Shown: positions 10,095-19,915 of the stretch, piece by piece | Numbering within the stretch: the first letter of the stretch is position 1 | Layout of the letters: each line of letters opens with the position of its first letter | Assembly (NCBI GenBank): GCA_045661045.1 | Contig: JAZREZ010000051.1 | Location: 23,903 to 87,902, forward strand | Origin: Clostridia bacterium | Lineage (GTDB): Bacteria > Bacillota > Clostridia > Monoglobales > Monoglobaceae | Direction: 5' to 3' | DNA: 64,000 bases | Program-made: the position numbers and the translations under genes | The notes under the pieces: model-generated | Seen by the model: the letters and a program-made list of their open reading frames with translations, nothing else | What the model was told of the DNA's origin: nothing | The model's database searches: none

Positions 10095-11630
10095 TTAGTC
10101 GTCTATACTGTTATCGGTTGCTCTTTCAAAGATTGCCTCAACTTCCTGCGAAGGTTTTGCGTCAAGCAATGTAACTATAACGGCTAAAAGTCCACCGATT
10201 ATAAATCCCGGGATAATCTCATATATACCGGTTATTGCTGTGAGTGTTTCGCCGTTTGCAACAGGAAGCCATAACCAAATCATATCAACAAGCGCACCTG
10301 CAACTATACCCGTAACAGCGCCTTTGTATGTAAATCTCTTCCAGAAAAGCGATAAGAGCACCGCAGGACCAAATGCCGCACCAAAAATACCCCAAGCATT
10401 TGATACCAAATCCATAATAGCTTGTGCGGCCTTACCCTTACTGCTTGCAACAAAGAATGCAACTACTGCGATAAGTACAACTACAATACGGCTTACCCAG
10501 AGCATCTCGTTGTTTGAAGCATTCTTTCTGATTATCGGTTTGTAAAGGTCGCTTGCAAACGATGATGCTGCAACAAGAAGCTGCGAGTCTGCAGTAGACA
10601 TTGATGCCGCAATGATTGCCGCAAGTAAAAGTCCTGCGATAAACGGCGGGAATACATCTCTTGCAAGTTCAACAAATATAAGCGACTGCTTACCATCTCT
10701 TAAAAGAACATCTGAAAGGTCAGTGCCGTTTGAATATACAAACATTCTGCCAAGGTATGCGATAACTATTGCTGCCGCAAGTGAAAGTATAACCCAGATA
10801 ATCGCAACGGTTGCTGATTTTTTAACCATAGACGGCTTTTCAATAGCCATAAATCTTACAATAATATGCGGCATTCCAAAATAGCCGAGTCCCCAACCAA
10901 GACCTGAAACTATATCTTTCCAGCTTGCATTGAAGAAGTTTGCCACAAACTCATACTGTTCGCCATTTGGCCCGCTGTAAATCGTTGTGAGAGCCGCAGG
11001 TTCAAGTTCTCTTGTAAAGCCTACAACAATCGGAACAATTAAAAGTGCGCCAAGCATCAAAAGTCCCTGGAAAAAGTCTGTCCAGCAAACTGCGTTAAAA
11101 CCGCCAAGGAATGTGTATACAATAACTATAGCTGCAAATATAATCATTGCAATCATCGGGTCAAGTGATGGCACTAAAGTTGTGAATACATCAGCACCCG
11201 CAACAAATGCAGATGCAACATAAATTGTAAAGCATACAAGAAATACAACTGCACAGATAATGCTTACAACATGACTTTTTGAAGCAAATCTGTTGGAAAG
11301 ATACTGCGGAAGAGTAATTGCATCATTAGCTGCTCTTGAAAACTTACGAAGTCTTTTTGCAACTAAAATCCAGTTTGCAGCCGTACCAATAGCAAGACCA
11401 ATTCCAATCCACGCCTGACCAAAACCAAACGCCAATATACTTCCAGGCAAACCCATAAGCAACCATGCGCTCATATCAGAGGCTTGAGCACTCATCGCTG
11501 TAACCCAAGGTCCCATTGCACGACCGCCGAGGAAATAATCCTTTTCATCAGCATCTTTAGCCTTGATAAAAAACACGATACCAATAACTACCATGGCTAA
11601 AAAATAAAGTACAAATGCGAAAATATCCAT
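10095..11630 (-). CDS. putP: Sodium:solute symporter family protein, PutP-like sodium/proline symporter
   Basis: 511 aa with about 13 TM segments and an SSS-family layout (GGRAMGPWVTAMSAQASDMSAWLLMGLPG). Confidence 0.75.
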   Translation of the reverse strand: MDIFAFVLYFLAMVVIGIVFFIKAKDADEKDYFLGGRAMGPWVTAMSAQASDMSAWLLMGLPGSILAFGFGQAWIGIGLAIGTAANWILVAKRLRKFSRAANDAITLPQYLSNRFASKSHVVSIICAVVFLVCFTIYVASAFVAGADVFTTLVPSLDPMIAMIIFAAIVIVYTFLGGFNAVCWTDFFQGLLMLGALLIVPIVVGFTRELEPAALTTIYSGPNGEQYEFVANFFNASWKDIVSGLGWGLGYFGMPHIIVRFMAIEKPSMVKKSATVAIIWVILSLAAAIVIAYLGRMFVYSNGTDLSDVLLRDGKQSLIFVELARDVFPPFIAGLLLAAIIAASMSTADSQLLVAASSFASDLYKPIIRKNASNNEMLWVSRIVVVLIAVVAFFVASSKGKAAQAIMDLVSNAWGIFGAAFGPAVLLSLFWKRFTYKGAVTGIVAGALVDMIWLWLPVANGETLTAITGIYEIIPGFIIGGLLAVIVTLLDAKPSQEVEAIFERATDNSIDD

Positions 11631-11671
11631 TATGTAATCTCCCTTTTCGATTTAAAATTTTATATTTATCT

Positions 11672-11700
11672 ATTGTAACACATATTTTGCCAAAATGCAA
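11672..11700 (-). promoter_or_regulatory. SigA-type promoter for putP: TTGCAT, 17-bp spacer, TACAAT with an extended -10 TG
   Basis: Minus strand reads TTGCATtttggcaaaatatgtgtTACAAT. Confidence 0.55.
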
Positions 11701-11707
11701 TAAAAAA

Positions 11708-12802
11708 CTATTTTATAAACACCATAGCCTCATAAAGAACAAATAAAAACGCAAAATTTATTACTGTAAACAAACCCACATAATTGCGGGTTTTTCCGAC
11801 ATTTGTCTTTGTATATTCGCGCAATGTAATAAGGCTTGCAAGCGATGCGATAAGGGTTCCCACTCCTCCAATGTTTACGCCAAGCAACAAATCCGCATAA
11901 TTATGCGTGAACTGTGAAAGTAAAATCGCAGACGGAACATTGCTTATAACCTGACACGAAAGTATGCTAAAGAGCAGTGTGTTTTTAGAAAGTAACATTG
12001 AAAAAATATTCTGCACCGCATCAATTCTTGACATATTGCCCGCGAACACAAAGAAAAATACAAATGTCAAAAGCAGTGGGTAATCCACCGCCTTAAGCGC
12101 TTCTCTGTCCATAAACAACAATACGATTGGGATTATTATAAGCCCGACATAATACGGAATACTTCTGAACACTATTGCTATTGCAAGCGCAAAAAGCACA
12201 AGATAAATTGCTGTCTTTTTAGCATCAAGCTCTACTTTTTTCTGAGGCAGTTCAAGCGGTTCGGATTTTACAAACAGACAACATAGCGTTATAATTGCAA
12301 CCGATATAACAAACGGACACGCCATTATCTGCACAAATTCGCCCGTCGGGATGTTAAATTTTGTATAAAGATATAAATTCTGCGGGTTTCCAAACGGTGT
12401 CAGCATACCGCCGAGATTTGCCGCTATATTCTGCATTATAAAGGTATATGCCATATACTTTTGCTTATTGGTAGTTGTAAGCACAAGATGGCCAAGCGGC
12501 AAAAATGTCAAAAGCGCCATATCGTTTGCAATAAACATAGAACCTATAAATGTTATGTAAACAAGCGCAAGTATGCTCATTCTTGTTGTTTTAAAACACT
12601 CCACAACCTTATGTGCCATACAATAAAAAAAGTTTATGTTCCTGAGTGCACAGACAACCGCAAGCACGCAAAAAAGACAAGTCAGCGTTTTAAAGTCAAA
12701 ATATCCTATATATTCTTTATCAAAAGGTATTATTACAGAGGTAATGGTTGCGGCGCATAGTGCCACAACCATTACAACATTTTTCTTTAGAAAGCTTATC
12801 AT
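11708..12802 (-). CDS. ArsB/NhaD-superfamily (citrate-transporter-like) anion permease
   Basis: 364 aa, polytopic, with a MLTPFGNPQNLYLY motif. Confidence 0.55.
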   Translation of the reverse strand: MISFLKKNVVMVVALCAATITSVIIPFDKEYIGYFDFKTLTCLFCVLAVVCALRNINFFYCMAHKVVECFKTTRMSILALVYITFIGSMFIANDMALLTFLPLGHLVLTTTNKQKYMAYTFIMQNIAANLGGMLTPFGNPQNLYLYTKFNIPTGEFVQIMACPFVISVAIITLCCLFVKSEPLELPQKKVELDAKKTAIYLVLFALAIAIVFRSIPYYVGLIIIPIVLLFMDREALKAVDYPLLLTFVFFFVFAGNMSRIDAVQNIFSMLLSKNTLLFSILSCQVISNVPSAILLSQFTHNYADLLLGVNIGGVGTLIASLASLITLREYTKTNVGKTRNYVGLFTVINFAFLFVLYEAMVFIK

Positions 12803-12803
12803 T

Positions 12804-13667
12804 TTACGCCTTGCCGATTGAACCGAAGAGCTCCATCTTCTCTTTTACGATTGTTTTAATTCCTTCAAATCCGGGAGCTAAAAGCTTTCTTGGGTCAAAG
12901 CCCTTACCCTCAAGGTCTTTGCCGGCTTCGATATACTTTCTTGTAGCTTCCTGGAAGTAAAGCTGACATTCGGTATTTACATTAATTTTTGCAACACCTA
13001 AAGAAATTGCTTTCTTTATCATATCAGCAGGAATACCTGTTCCGCCGTGAAGAACAAGCGGCATATCGCCTACCTGCTCCTTAATCTTTGCAAGAGCGTC
13101 AAAATCGAGTCCCTGCCAATTTTCAGGATATTTACCGTGAATATTACCGATACCTGCTGCAAGAAAATCAACGCCTAAATCCGCAATTCTCTTACATTCA
13201 GCGGGATCTGCAATCTCGCCTGCGCCTACTACGCCGTCTTCTTCACCGCCGATTGAACCAACCTCTGCCTCGATAGAAAGACCTAAGTTGTGAGCAACAT
13301 GAACAAGCTCTGTTGTTTTTTCTACATTTTCCTCAATCGGAAAATGTGAACCATCAAACATTATAGAAGAAAATCCTGCTTTTACGCACTTGTAGCAACC
13401 CTCGTAGCTGCCGTGATCTAAGTGAAGTGCAACGGGAACTGTGATATTAAGTTCTTCAATCATAGCGCTTACCATTGCAGAAACAGTTTTATATCCTGTC
13501 ATATACTTACCCGCACCCTCAGATACACCGAGAATAACAGGTGAATTATTTTCCTGAGCAGTCAAAAGAATTGCCTTTGTCCACTCAAGATTGTTGATGT
13601 TGAACTGTCCTACTGCGTAGTGACCTTCAACCGCCTTTTTTAACATTTCTGTAGCTGGTACTAACAT
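12804..13667 (-). CDS. fba: Class II fructose-1,6-bisphosphate aldolase
   Basis: 287 aa with HLDHGS and LVLHGGTGIP motifs. Confidence 0.9.
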   Translation of the reverse strand: MLVPATEMLKKAVEGHYAVGQFNINNLEWTKAILLTAQENNSPVILGVSEGAGKYMTGYKTVSAMVSAMIEELNITVPVALHLDHGSYEGCYKCVKAGFSSIMFDGSHFPIEENVEKTTELVHVAHNLGLSIEAEVGSIGGEEDGVVGAGEIADPAECKRIADLGVDFLAAGIGNIHGKYPENWQGLDFDALAKIKEQVGDMPLVLHGGTGIPADMIKKAISLGVAKINVNTECQLYFQEATRKYIEAGKDLEGKGFDPRKLLAPGFEGIKTIVKEKMELFGSIGKA

Positions 13668-13700
13668 AATAAAAATCCTCCAATTTATATAAATTTAATT

Positions 13701-14504
13701 TTATTCATTTGTAGTGCGATAATAGTAATAGAGATACTGTTGGGCAAAACCCGCTAAATCTCCGTATTTTTGTTCTGCAAATACCTCTGCATCTTTTTCG
13801 CTTATATCATAAACCTGAGCTAAAATTCTCTTAATCCATACATCTTTAGGGAAAACCGAAAATCTGCCGAGTGCAAATAACATAATACAATCTGCAACCT
13901 TACCGCCAACACCCTTAATCTTCATAAGAGTCTTTTTGGCATCGCTGTCTGTCATAGCATCAAGTTCATCAAGATTTACCTCACCAATTGCAATCTTTTT
14001 TGCGGCATCCAGTATATACTTATCCCGATACCCCGCCTTAAGATGAGCCAAATCTTCAAGAGAAAGCTCTGCCATTCGCTCGGGTGTTGGAAAGGCGTAG
14101 TATTTACTGCCCTCAAACTCAATTTCTTCGCCAAAAGACTTACACATAGATTCGATAATCTTTTTTATTCGGGGAATGTTATTATTTGCAGAAATTATAA
14201 AAGAAATTATCGTTTCCCATACATCCTGCTTTAAAATCCTTATTCCACCGCCAAATTCAATGCACGGCTTTAGCTTCTCGTCACGAATTAAAAGCTCGCT
14301 TTTGATTTTTTTATAGTCTGTTTCAAGTGCCAGAAATTCACACCAATACTCTGTATCGCTTTCTTTGCAAAACAGGTTGTTATCTTTATCAATGCGACAG
14401 ACTCTGCCACCCGATACGCCGATATATTCACCTTTTTCGTTTGCGTTAAAGCGAAAACATTGACCGCACTCAAAGGTATGAACCGCATTCAAATCAAGCT
14501 TCAT
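13701..14504 (-). CDS. ogg: 8-oxoguanine DNA glycosylase / HhH-GPD N-glycosylase-lyase
   Basis: The helix-hairpin-helix IKGVGGKVADCIMLF carries the OGG-type catalytic Lys context. Confidence 0.75.
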   Translation of the reverse strand: MKLDLNAVHTFECGQCFRFNANEKGEYIGVSGGRVCRIDKDNNLFCKESDTEYWCEFLALETDYKKIKSELLIRDEKLKPCIEFGGGIRILKQDVWETIISFIISANNNIPRIKKIIESMCKSFGEEIEFEGSKYYAFPTPERMAELSLEDLAHLKAGYRDKYILDAAKKIAIGEVNLDELDAMTDSDAKKTLMKIKGVGGKVADCIMLFALGRFSVFPKDVWIKRILAQVYDISEKDAEVFAEQKYGDLAGFAQQYLYYYYRTTNE

Positions 14505-14512
14505 TTTGTCAC

Positions 14513-15142
14513 CTATTCTCCGCTTGCAACTATTTTATAAGAAAGTCGCATAAGGCTGTCACCTAAATGCACATTCTCAACCAAAATGCCCTCTTTAGCC
14601 GAAAGTTCTGCATACGAAAAGTTCAAAAACGCAGTTATGCCAAGATCGATAAGCTCTTCTGCCACCTTTTGCATAGCTTCTTTTGGGATTGCAAGAATTG
14701 CCATCTTAGGCTTATTTTCAGCAATAAAATCTTTGATTTCAGAATAAGGCTTAACCTTATGGGCGCCAACCGATAACCCGCTTTTTTTAGGATCGGTGTC
14801 AAATATCCCGACAAGCTTAAATCCACGGCTTTCAAATTTAGTGTTGACCGCAAAGGTTCTTCCCATATGTCCTGCGCCAACTAAAATTGCAGTATAGCCA
14901 CGCTCAAGCCCTAAAATTTTTGCAATTTCGGACTTTAAAAACTTAATATTATATCCATAGCCCTGCTGACCAAATCCGCCGAAACAATTCAAATCCTGGC
15001 GTATTTGTGAAGCTGTAACACCCATACGCACACTTAATTCCTTTGAGGATATGCGTTCAATTCCGCTATTTTCAAGTTCCGAAAGATAGCGGTAATACCT
15101 TGGCAATCTGTTAATAACAGATGCAGATACTTTTTTATCCAT
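14513..15142 (-). CDS. rex: Redox-sensing transcriptional repressor Rex
   Basis: N-terminal RLPRYYRYL winged helix and a Rossmann motif ILVGAGHMGR. Confidence 0.9.
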   Translation of the reverse strand: MDKKVSASVINRLPRYYRYLSELENSGIERISSKELSVRMGVTASQIRQDLNCFGGFGQQGYGYNIKFLKSEIAKILGLERGYTAILVGAGHMGRTFAVNTKFESRGFKLVGIFDTDPKKSGLSVGAHKVKPYSEIKDFIAENKPKMAILAIPKEAMQKVAEELIDLGITAFLNFSYAELSAKEGILVENVHLGDSLMRLSYKIVASGE

Positions 15143-15154
15143 AAATTCTTCTCC

Positions 15155-16366
15155 TTACAGAGAGGCTTTGAGTCTATCGTTTACCGCGAGTAAGAAATCC
15201 TCTGTATTTACCTTCTTTTTATTATCGAGGCTTGAGAGTGCATAAAGGTCACCCGTCATAACGCCGTCCTCAATTGTCTTAACAGTAGCCTTTTCAAGCT
15301 TATCGGCAAAATCACAAAGATCCGAAAGGCCATCAAGCTCGCCCCTCTTGCGAAGTGCACCTGTCCACGCAAATAGTGTTGCAACACTGTTTGTAGAGGT
15401 TTCTTCGCCCTTTAAATGCTTGTAATAATGTCTTTGTACTGTTCCGTGAGCTGCCTCATATTCATAAGTACCATCCGGTGACACAAGTACCGATGTCAAC
15501 ATTGCAAGACTTCCGTAAGCAGTTGCAACCATATCGGACATTACATCGGCATCATAGTTTTTACAAGCCCAGATGTAGCCGCCTTCAGAGCGGATAACTC
15601 TTGCAACAGCATCATCAATCAATGTATAGAAATATTCAATGCCTGCAGCATCAAATTTTTGCTTATACTCTTTTTCGAATATCTCAGCAAAAATATCCTT
15701 AAATCTGTGGTCATACTTTTTAGAAATGGTATCTTTTGATGCAAACCATATATCCTGCTTTGTATCAAGTGCATAATTAAAGCAACAACGAGCAAAGCTT
15801 TCTATAGACTCATCTATATTGTGAAGTCCCTGAATAATACCACCGCTACCCTCAAAGGTATGTATAAGCTCACGAACCTCGTTGCCGTTTTTGTCTGTGC
15901 AGACAAGCTCACACTTTGAGCCTTCCTCTACCTGCATTTCAACATTCTTATACACATCGCCGTAAGCGTGACGGGCAATGGTGATTGGCTTTGTCCATGT
16001 AGGAATGTATGGGGTAATTCCCTTTACAATAATCGGTGCACGGAAAACAGTTCCGTCAAGGATTGCACGGATTGTGCCGTTTGGCGACTTCCACATTTCC
16101 TTTAAATCATATTCGTCCATTCTTGCGGCATTTGGCGTAATTGTAGCACATTTAACCGCAACGCCATACTTTTTGGTAGCATAAGCCGAATCAAATGTAA
16201 CCTTATCATCGGTTTCGTTTCTGTATTCCAGTCCTAAATCATAATATTCTGTCTTTAAATCCACATAAGGTAAAATAAGAATATCCTTTATCATTTTCCA
16301 GATAATTCTGGTCATTTCGTCGCCGTCCATTTCGACAAGCGGGGTGGTCATCTTAATTTTTTCCAT
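15155..16366 (-). CDS. icd: NADP-dependent isocitrate dehydrogenase (subfamily II, eukaryote-like)
   Basis: 403 aa with [13 protein letters not shown] at the N-terminus. Confidence 0.9.
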   Translation of the reverse strand: MEKIKMTTPLVEMDGDEMTRIIWKMIKDILILPYVDLKTEYYDLGLEYRNETDDKVTFDSAYATKKYGVAVKCATITPNAARMDEYDLKEMWKSPNGTIRAILDGTVFRAPIIVKGITPYIPTWTKPITIARHAYGDVYKNVEMQVEEGSKCELVCTDKNGNEVRELIHTFEGSGGIIQGLHNIDESIESFARCCFNYALDTKQDIWFASKDTISKKYDHRFKDIFAEIFEKEYKQKFDAAGIEYFYTLIDDAVARVIRSEGGYIWACKNYDADVMSDMVATAYGSLAMLTSVLVSPDGTYEYEAAHGTVQRHYYKHLKGEETSTNSVATLFAWTGALRKRGELDGLSDLCDFADKLEKATVKTIEDGVMTGDLYALSSLDNKKKVNTEDFLLAVNDRLKASL

Positions 16367-16377
16367 TTCGCTTCCTC

Positions 16378-18318
16378 CTATGCGTTGTTTCGTGTGTAAT
16401 TGAGCAATCCGCCCGCAATGAGCATCTCTCTCTGGCGCTTAGAAAGGTCTATTGATACTTTGAAATCAAAGCCCTTTGTTACATTAGTAATGGTAATTTC
16501 ACTCTCATTTTCAATACTTTCAATGAGGTTTGTAATCTTAAGTTCATCACTCTGCTGAATTCTGTCATAATCAGCCTCATCCTTAAATGTCATTGGAATA
16601 ATTCCTGCATTTATAAGGTTTGCCATATGAATTCTTGCAAATGATTTAACAATTACCGCTTTAACTCCAAGATACAAAGGTGCAAGTGCCGCATGCTCTC
16701 TTGAAGAACCTTGTCCGTAGTTAGAACCACCGATAATTATGCTCTTCTTAAGTTCAAGCGCTCTGTCGTGGAAACCCTCATCACATACCGCAAAGCAGTA
16801 TTCCGAAATCTTGGGTATATTTGAACGAAGAGGCAAAATTTTAGCACCTGCAGGCATAATATGGTCGGTAGTAATGTTATCACCAACTTTTAAGCTGCAC
16901 TTAGCACAAATTTCATCAGCCATTGCCTCTGATACGGGGAAGGGCTTGATGTTAGGACCTCTTAGTACTTCAACGCTGTCCATCTCCTCTTCAGAAACAG
17001 GAGGAACTATCATATTATCGTTAATTGTAAATATTTCAGGCAGCTCAAATTTCGGCATATCACCCAATGTTCTCGGGTCTGTAAGCACACCTGCGAGTGC
17101 TGATGCCGCCGCAAGCTCGGGAGATACAAGATAAATCTGTCCGTCTTTTGTACCCGAGCGACCTTCAAAGTTTCTGTTAAATGTACGAAGCGAAATACCG
17201 CCCGAATTCGGAGATTGTCCCATACCGATACAAGGACCGCAGGCACTTTCTAAAATTCTTGCACCCGCATCTATCATATCAGAAAGCGCACCACACTCTG
17301 CAAGCATATTCAAAACCTGCTTTGAACCCGGTGCAATTGACAATGACACATCAGGGTGAACAGTTTTGCCCTTTAAGATATACGCAACCTTTAACATATC
17401 AAGAAGTGATGAGTTTGTGCAAGAACCTATACATACCTGATCAATCTTAAGTGCTCCTATTTCCTCACAAGATTTAACATTGTCAGGAGAGTGCGGACAC
17501 GCCGCAAGAGGCACAAGTTCGCTTAAGTTAATCTCGATTGTTTCGTCATATACAGCATCTGCATCTGCACAAAGAGGTGTATAATCTTCTTCTCTCTTTT
17601 GTGCCTTTAAAAATTCTCTTGTGATTTCATCCGATGGGAATATTGATGTTGTTGCACCAAGCTCTGCTCCCATATTGGTAATGGTTGCACGCTCAGGAAC
17701 AGAAAGAGTCTTAACACCTTCGCCGCAATATTCGATTATCTTACCAACTCCGCCTTTTACGGAAAGGCGTTTTAACACCTCAAGAATAACATCCTTTGCC
17801 GCAACCCAGGGACTTAATTTGCCCGTAAGCTCTACTTTGACGATTTTAGGACAAGTAATATAATATGTACCGCCACCCATAGCTACTGCGACATCCATTC
17901 CGCCCGCACCGATAGCAATCATACCAATACCGCCGCCGGTTGGAGTGTGGCTGTCAGAGCCGATAAGAGTCTTGCCCGGCTTTCCAAATCTTTCAAGGTG
18001 TACCTGATGGCAAATACCGTTACCCGGTCTTGAAAAATATATTCCGTGTTTTTTACATACACTACCGATAAATCTGTGGTCATCAGCATTTTCAAATCCG
18101 CTCTGAAGTGTATTGTGGTCAATATAAGCAACCGATTTCTCGGTCTTAACTCTCGGAACACCCATAGCCTCAAATTCAAGATATGCCATTGTTCCCGTAG
18201 CATCCTGAGTAAGCGTCTGGTCAATCTTAATGCCGATTTCACTGCCCGCAACCATCTCGCCGCTGACTAAATGTTCCTTAAGGATTTTCTGCGCAAGTGT
18301 CATTCCCATTTTTGACAT
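16378..18318 (-). CDS. acn: Aconitate hydratase (about 640-aa type)
   Basis: Fe-S ligand motifs IGSCTNSS and [10 protein letters not shown], plus GSDSHT. Confidence 0.9.
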   Translation of the reverse strand: MSKMGMTLAQKILKEHLVSGEMVAGSEIGIKIDQTLTQDATGTMAYLEFEAMGVPRVKTEKSVAYIDHNTLQSGFENADDHRFIGSVCKKHGIYFSRPGNGICHQVHLERFGKPGKTLIGSDSHTPTGGGIGMIAIGAGGMDVAVAMGGGTYYITCPKIVKVELTGKLSPWVAAKDVILEVLKRLSVKGGVGKIIEYCGEGVKTLSVPERATITNMGAELGATTSIFPSDEITREFLKAQKREEDYTPLCADADAVYDETIEINLSELVPLAACPHSPDNVKSCEEIGALKIDQVCIGSCTNSSLLDMLKVAYILKGKTVHPDVSLSIAPGSKQVLNMLAECGALSDMIDAGARILESACGPCIGMGQSPNSGGISLRTFNRNFEGRSGTKDGQIYLVSPELAAASALAGVLTDPRTLGDMPKFELPEIFTINDNMIVPPVSEEEMDSVEVLRGPNIKPFPVSEAMADEICAKCSLKVGDNITTDHIMPAGAKILPLRSNIPKISEYCFAVCDEGFHDRALELKKSIIIGGSNYGQGSSREHAALAPLYLGVKAVIVKSFARIHMANLINAGIIPMTFKDEADYDRIQQSDELKITNLIESIENESEITITNVTKGFDFKVSIDLSKRQREMLIAGGLLNYTRNNA

Positions 18319-18347
18319 CCTTTCATTCTTTAAAAATTCACCTATAT

Positions 18348-18376
18348 ATTTTATCTTATTGTGAAAAAAAAGTCAA
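18348..18376 (-). promoter_or_regulatory. SigA-type promoter for acn-icd-rex: TTGACT, 17-bp spacer, TAAAAT
   Basis: Minus strand reads TTGACTtttttttcacaataagaTAAAAT. The spacer contains TTCACAA, one half of a Bacillus-type Rex box. Confidence 0.55.
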
Positions 18377-18403
18377 GTAAGAACGCCTAATTTATCAACA
18401 TTT

Positions 18404-18784
18404 TTAGAACAATTCCTCAACGCTTAATCCTTCTTGTCTGGGAATATGTTCAACCAGCATATAAAACATTTTAAATTCACCGATAAAATCAGGTTTTGCC
18501 TCGATTTCCGCATAGCGAATGCTTTGCTCAAGAGAAATTTCAATTTCGTCAATCTGCGCCGTCGGCAAAGTGAGAGTCGCCCAAAATCTGTTATCCTCCC
18601 AGATATCTGAAATCTCTCTTGCTGTTGTATAGATTTTATCCCAATCATCTTGCTCATACGAATCAAACACAAATGCAGATTTAATCTTTATTTCATCGCA
18701 CACACGATTAATTTTAAAGAGATGCACGCTTATTGCAGTTATAATAAAAACTAATATCGCTATTGCGGGAATCATTCTTCTCAT
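18404..18784 (-). CDS. DUF4363 family protein
   Basis: 126 aa with an N-terminal TM segment. It overlaps the stop of the DUF421 gene, which is the usual DUF421/DUF4363 pairing. Confidence 0.55.
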   Translation of the reverse strand: MRRMIPAIAILVFIITAISVHLFKINRVCDEIKIKSAFVFDSYEQDDWDKIYTTAREISDIWEDNRFWATLTLPTAQIDEIEISLEQSIRYAEIEAKPDFIGEFKMFYMLVEHIPRQEGLSVEELF

Positions 18785-19458
18785 TTTCTCGCCTCCTTGG
18801 GTACAAGCACGGTTTTGCCTGTTTCTGCCTCGAAGCTTAAATAAAATACCTCATCGACGCTTTTAAGTCCCTTTTCTTTTACTTTTTTCAAAAGCCACTC
18901 CTCATTCAAACCAAGCTGCTTCATACTAGTTTTAAGCGGCAGACCATTATCAACAATTACATAACTAAGGCGCACCTCTTCTGTTTCTATCCCCGCTTGG
19001 CTTGGCGTCAGCGGACTTGCCGATTGCTTTAAAATAACACTTACCTTGCCGTTTGTTTCCATAATTATATATTCAACATCCGAAAGACTGCAAACCCCGT
19101 TTCCTCTTATCTCTTCCATAACATCAGCGACATTGAAGCGTTGCCGCAGCATTTCTTTCTGGTTAAATTTTCCGTTTTTGAAAAATGTGCTTGGCTTTCC
19201 GTAAATAATCCCTCTTATTTTAGGGCTTTTAAACGCCGCGTAGGATAGAAAGATTTCAAGCAACATCAAAGTAAGTATAGCAATAACATTAGTAATCAGC
19301 GGAACACCCATATTGGTAATCGGCATTGCCGCAATATCCGAAATTATGATTGTAACCACAAGCTCGGATGCTTCAAGCTCGCCTATCTGGCGCTTGCCCA
19401 TCATCCTTAGCACGCCTACCACCACGATATACATAATAAGCGTTCTGAGTAGTGTCAT
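18781..19458 (-). CDS. DUF421 (YetF/YdfS-like) membrane protein
   Basis: Has N-terminal TM helices with a GKRQIGELEASELVVTIIISDIAA motif and a C-terminal soluble domain. Start is at ATG 19458. Confidence 0.7.
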   Translation of the reverse strand: MTLLRTLIMYIVVVGVLRMMGKRQIGELEASELVVTIIISDIAAMPITNMGVPLITNVIAILTLMLLEIFLSYAAFKSPKIRGIIYGKPSTFFKNGKFNQKEMLRQRFNVADVMEEIRGNGVCSLSDVEYIIMETNGKVSVILKQSASPLTPSQAGIETEEVRLSYVIVDNGLPLKTSMKQLGLNEEWLLKKVKEKGLKSVDEVFYLSFEAETGKTVLVPKEARK

Positions 19459-19486
19459 TAACAAAATCTCTCACTCCCTTTAAGAA

Positions 19487-19515
19487 TATTATGTTCAAAG
19501 GGATATTTTATATAC
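19487..19515 (-). promoter_or_regulatory. Candidate forespore (SigG/SigF-type) promoter: GTATA, 17-bp spacer, CATAATA
   Basis: Minus strand reads GTATAtaaaatatccctttgaaCATAATA, about 30 nt upstream of the DUF421 start. It matches the GHATR-17/18-CATnnTA consensus. Confidence 0.4.
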
Positions 19516-19559
19516 AATGGGGAAAAATGAAATATATTTAAAGAGGAGTGCAAGGTTTT

Positions 19560-19880
19560 ATGCTTAAAATCGGAGAAAACATAATCGTAAATACAGACGA
19601 CATAACCGACATAAAATCCGTAAATACAACTAAATCTGTCGTTATAACCTGCGGACTTAAGCTCAATTCCACCATTACTGCATCAAGCATTGACGATGAC
19701 GGCTTTACCTTTTGTCTGTAACGAAGCATTATTACAATCAGCGGGAAATCGCTTTCTCCTCAGGAGTTTAATGTAAAATGGTTCAAAAAACCCGATGACA
19801 TCTTTCAAAGTCTGGCTTATGTTACAGCCATGCTGCTTTGCGATATAAGTCCCGCTGTATTTAAGATAATAAAGTTCTAA
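19560..19880 (+). pseudogene. 106-codon reading frame interrupted by one in-frame TAA (19719..19721); unknown small protein
   Basis: ATG at 19560 gives MLKIGENIIVNTDDITDIKSVNTTKSVVITCGLKLNSTITASSIDDDGFTFCL. After the stop the same frame continues RSIITISGKSLSPQEFNVKWFKKPDDIFQSLAYVTAMLLCDISPAVFKIIKF to TAA at 19878. Neither half is in the ORF track because each is under 60 aa. Confidence 0.45.
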
Positions 19881-19915
19881 ATTTTTATATAGCGAATATA
19901 ATTTAGAGTAACTAA

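Noticed and set aside
18354-18370. TTCACAA Rex half-site inside the acn promoter spacer.
   Set aside because: The partner half (TTGACTT) matches only 3 of 7 positions of TTGTGAA, so it is not a credible full operator.
19538-19729. 63-aa minus-strand ORF from the track.
   Set aside because: It has no RBS and runs antisense to a plus-strand frame. The plus-strand frame has a start codon, a plausible RBS and continuity over 106 codons, so it is preferred.
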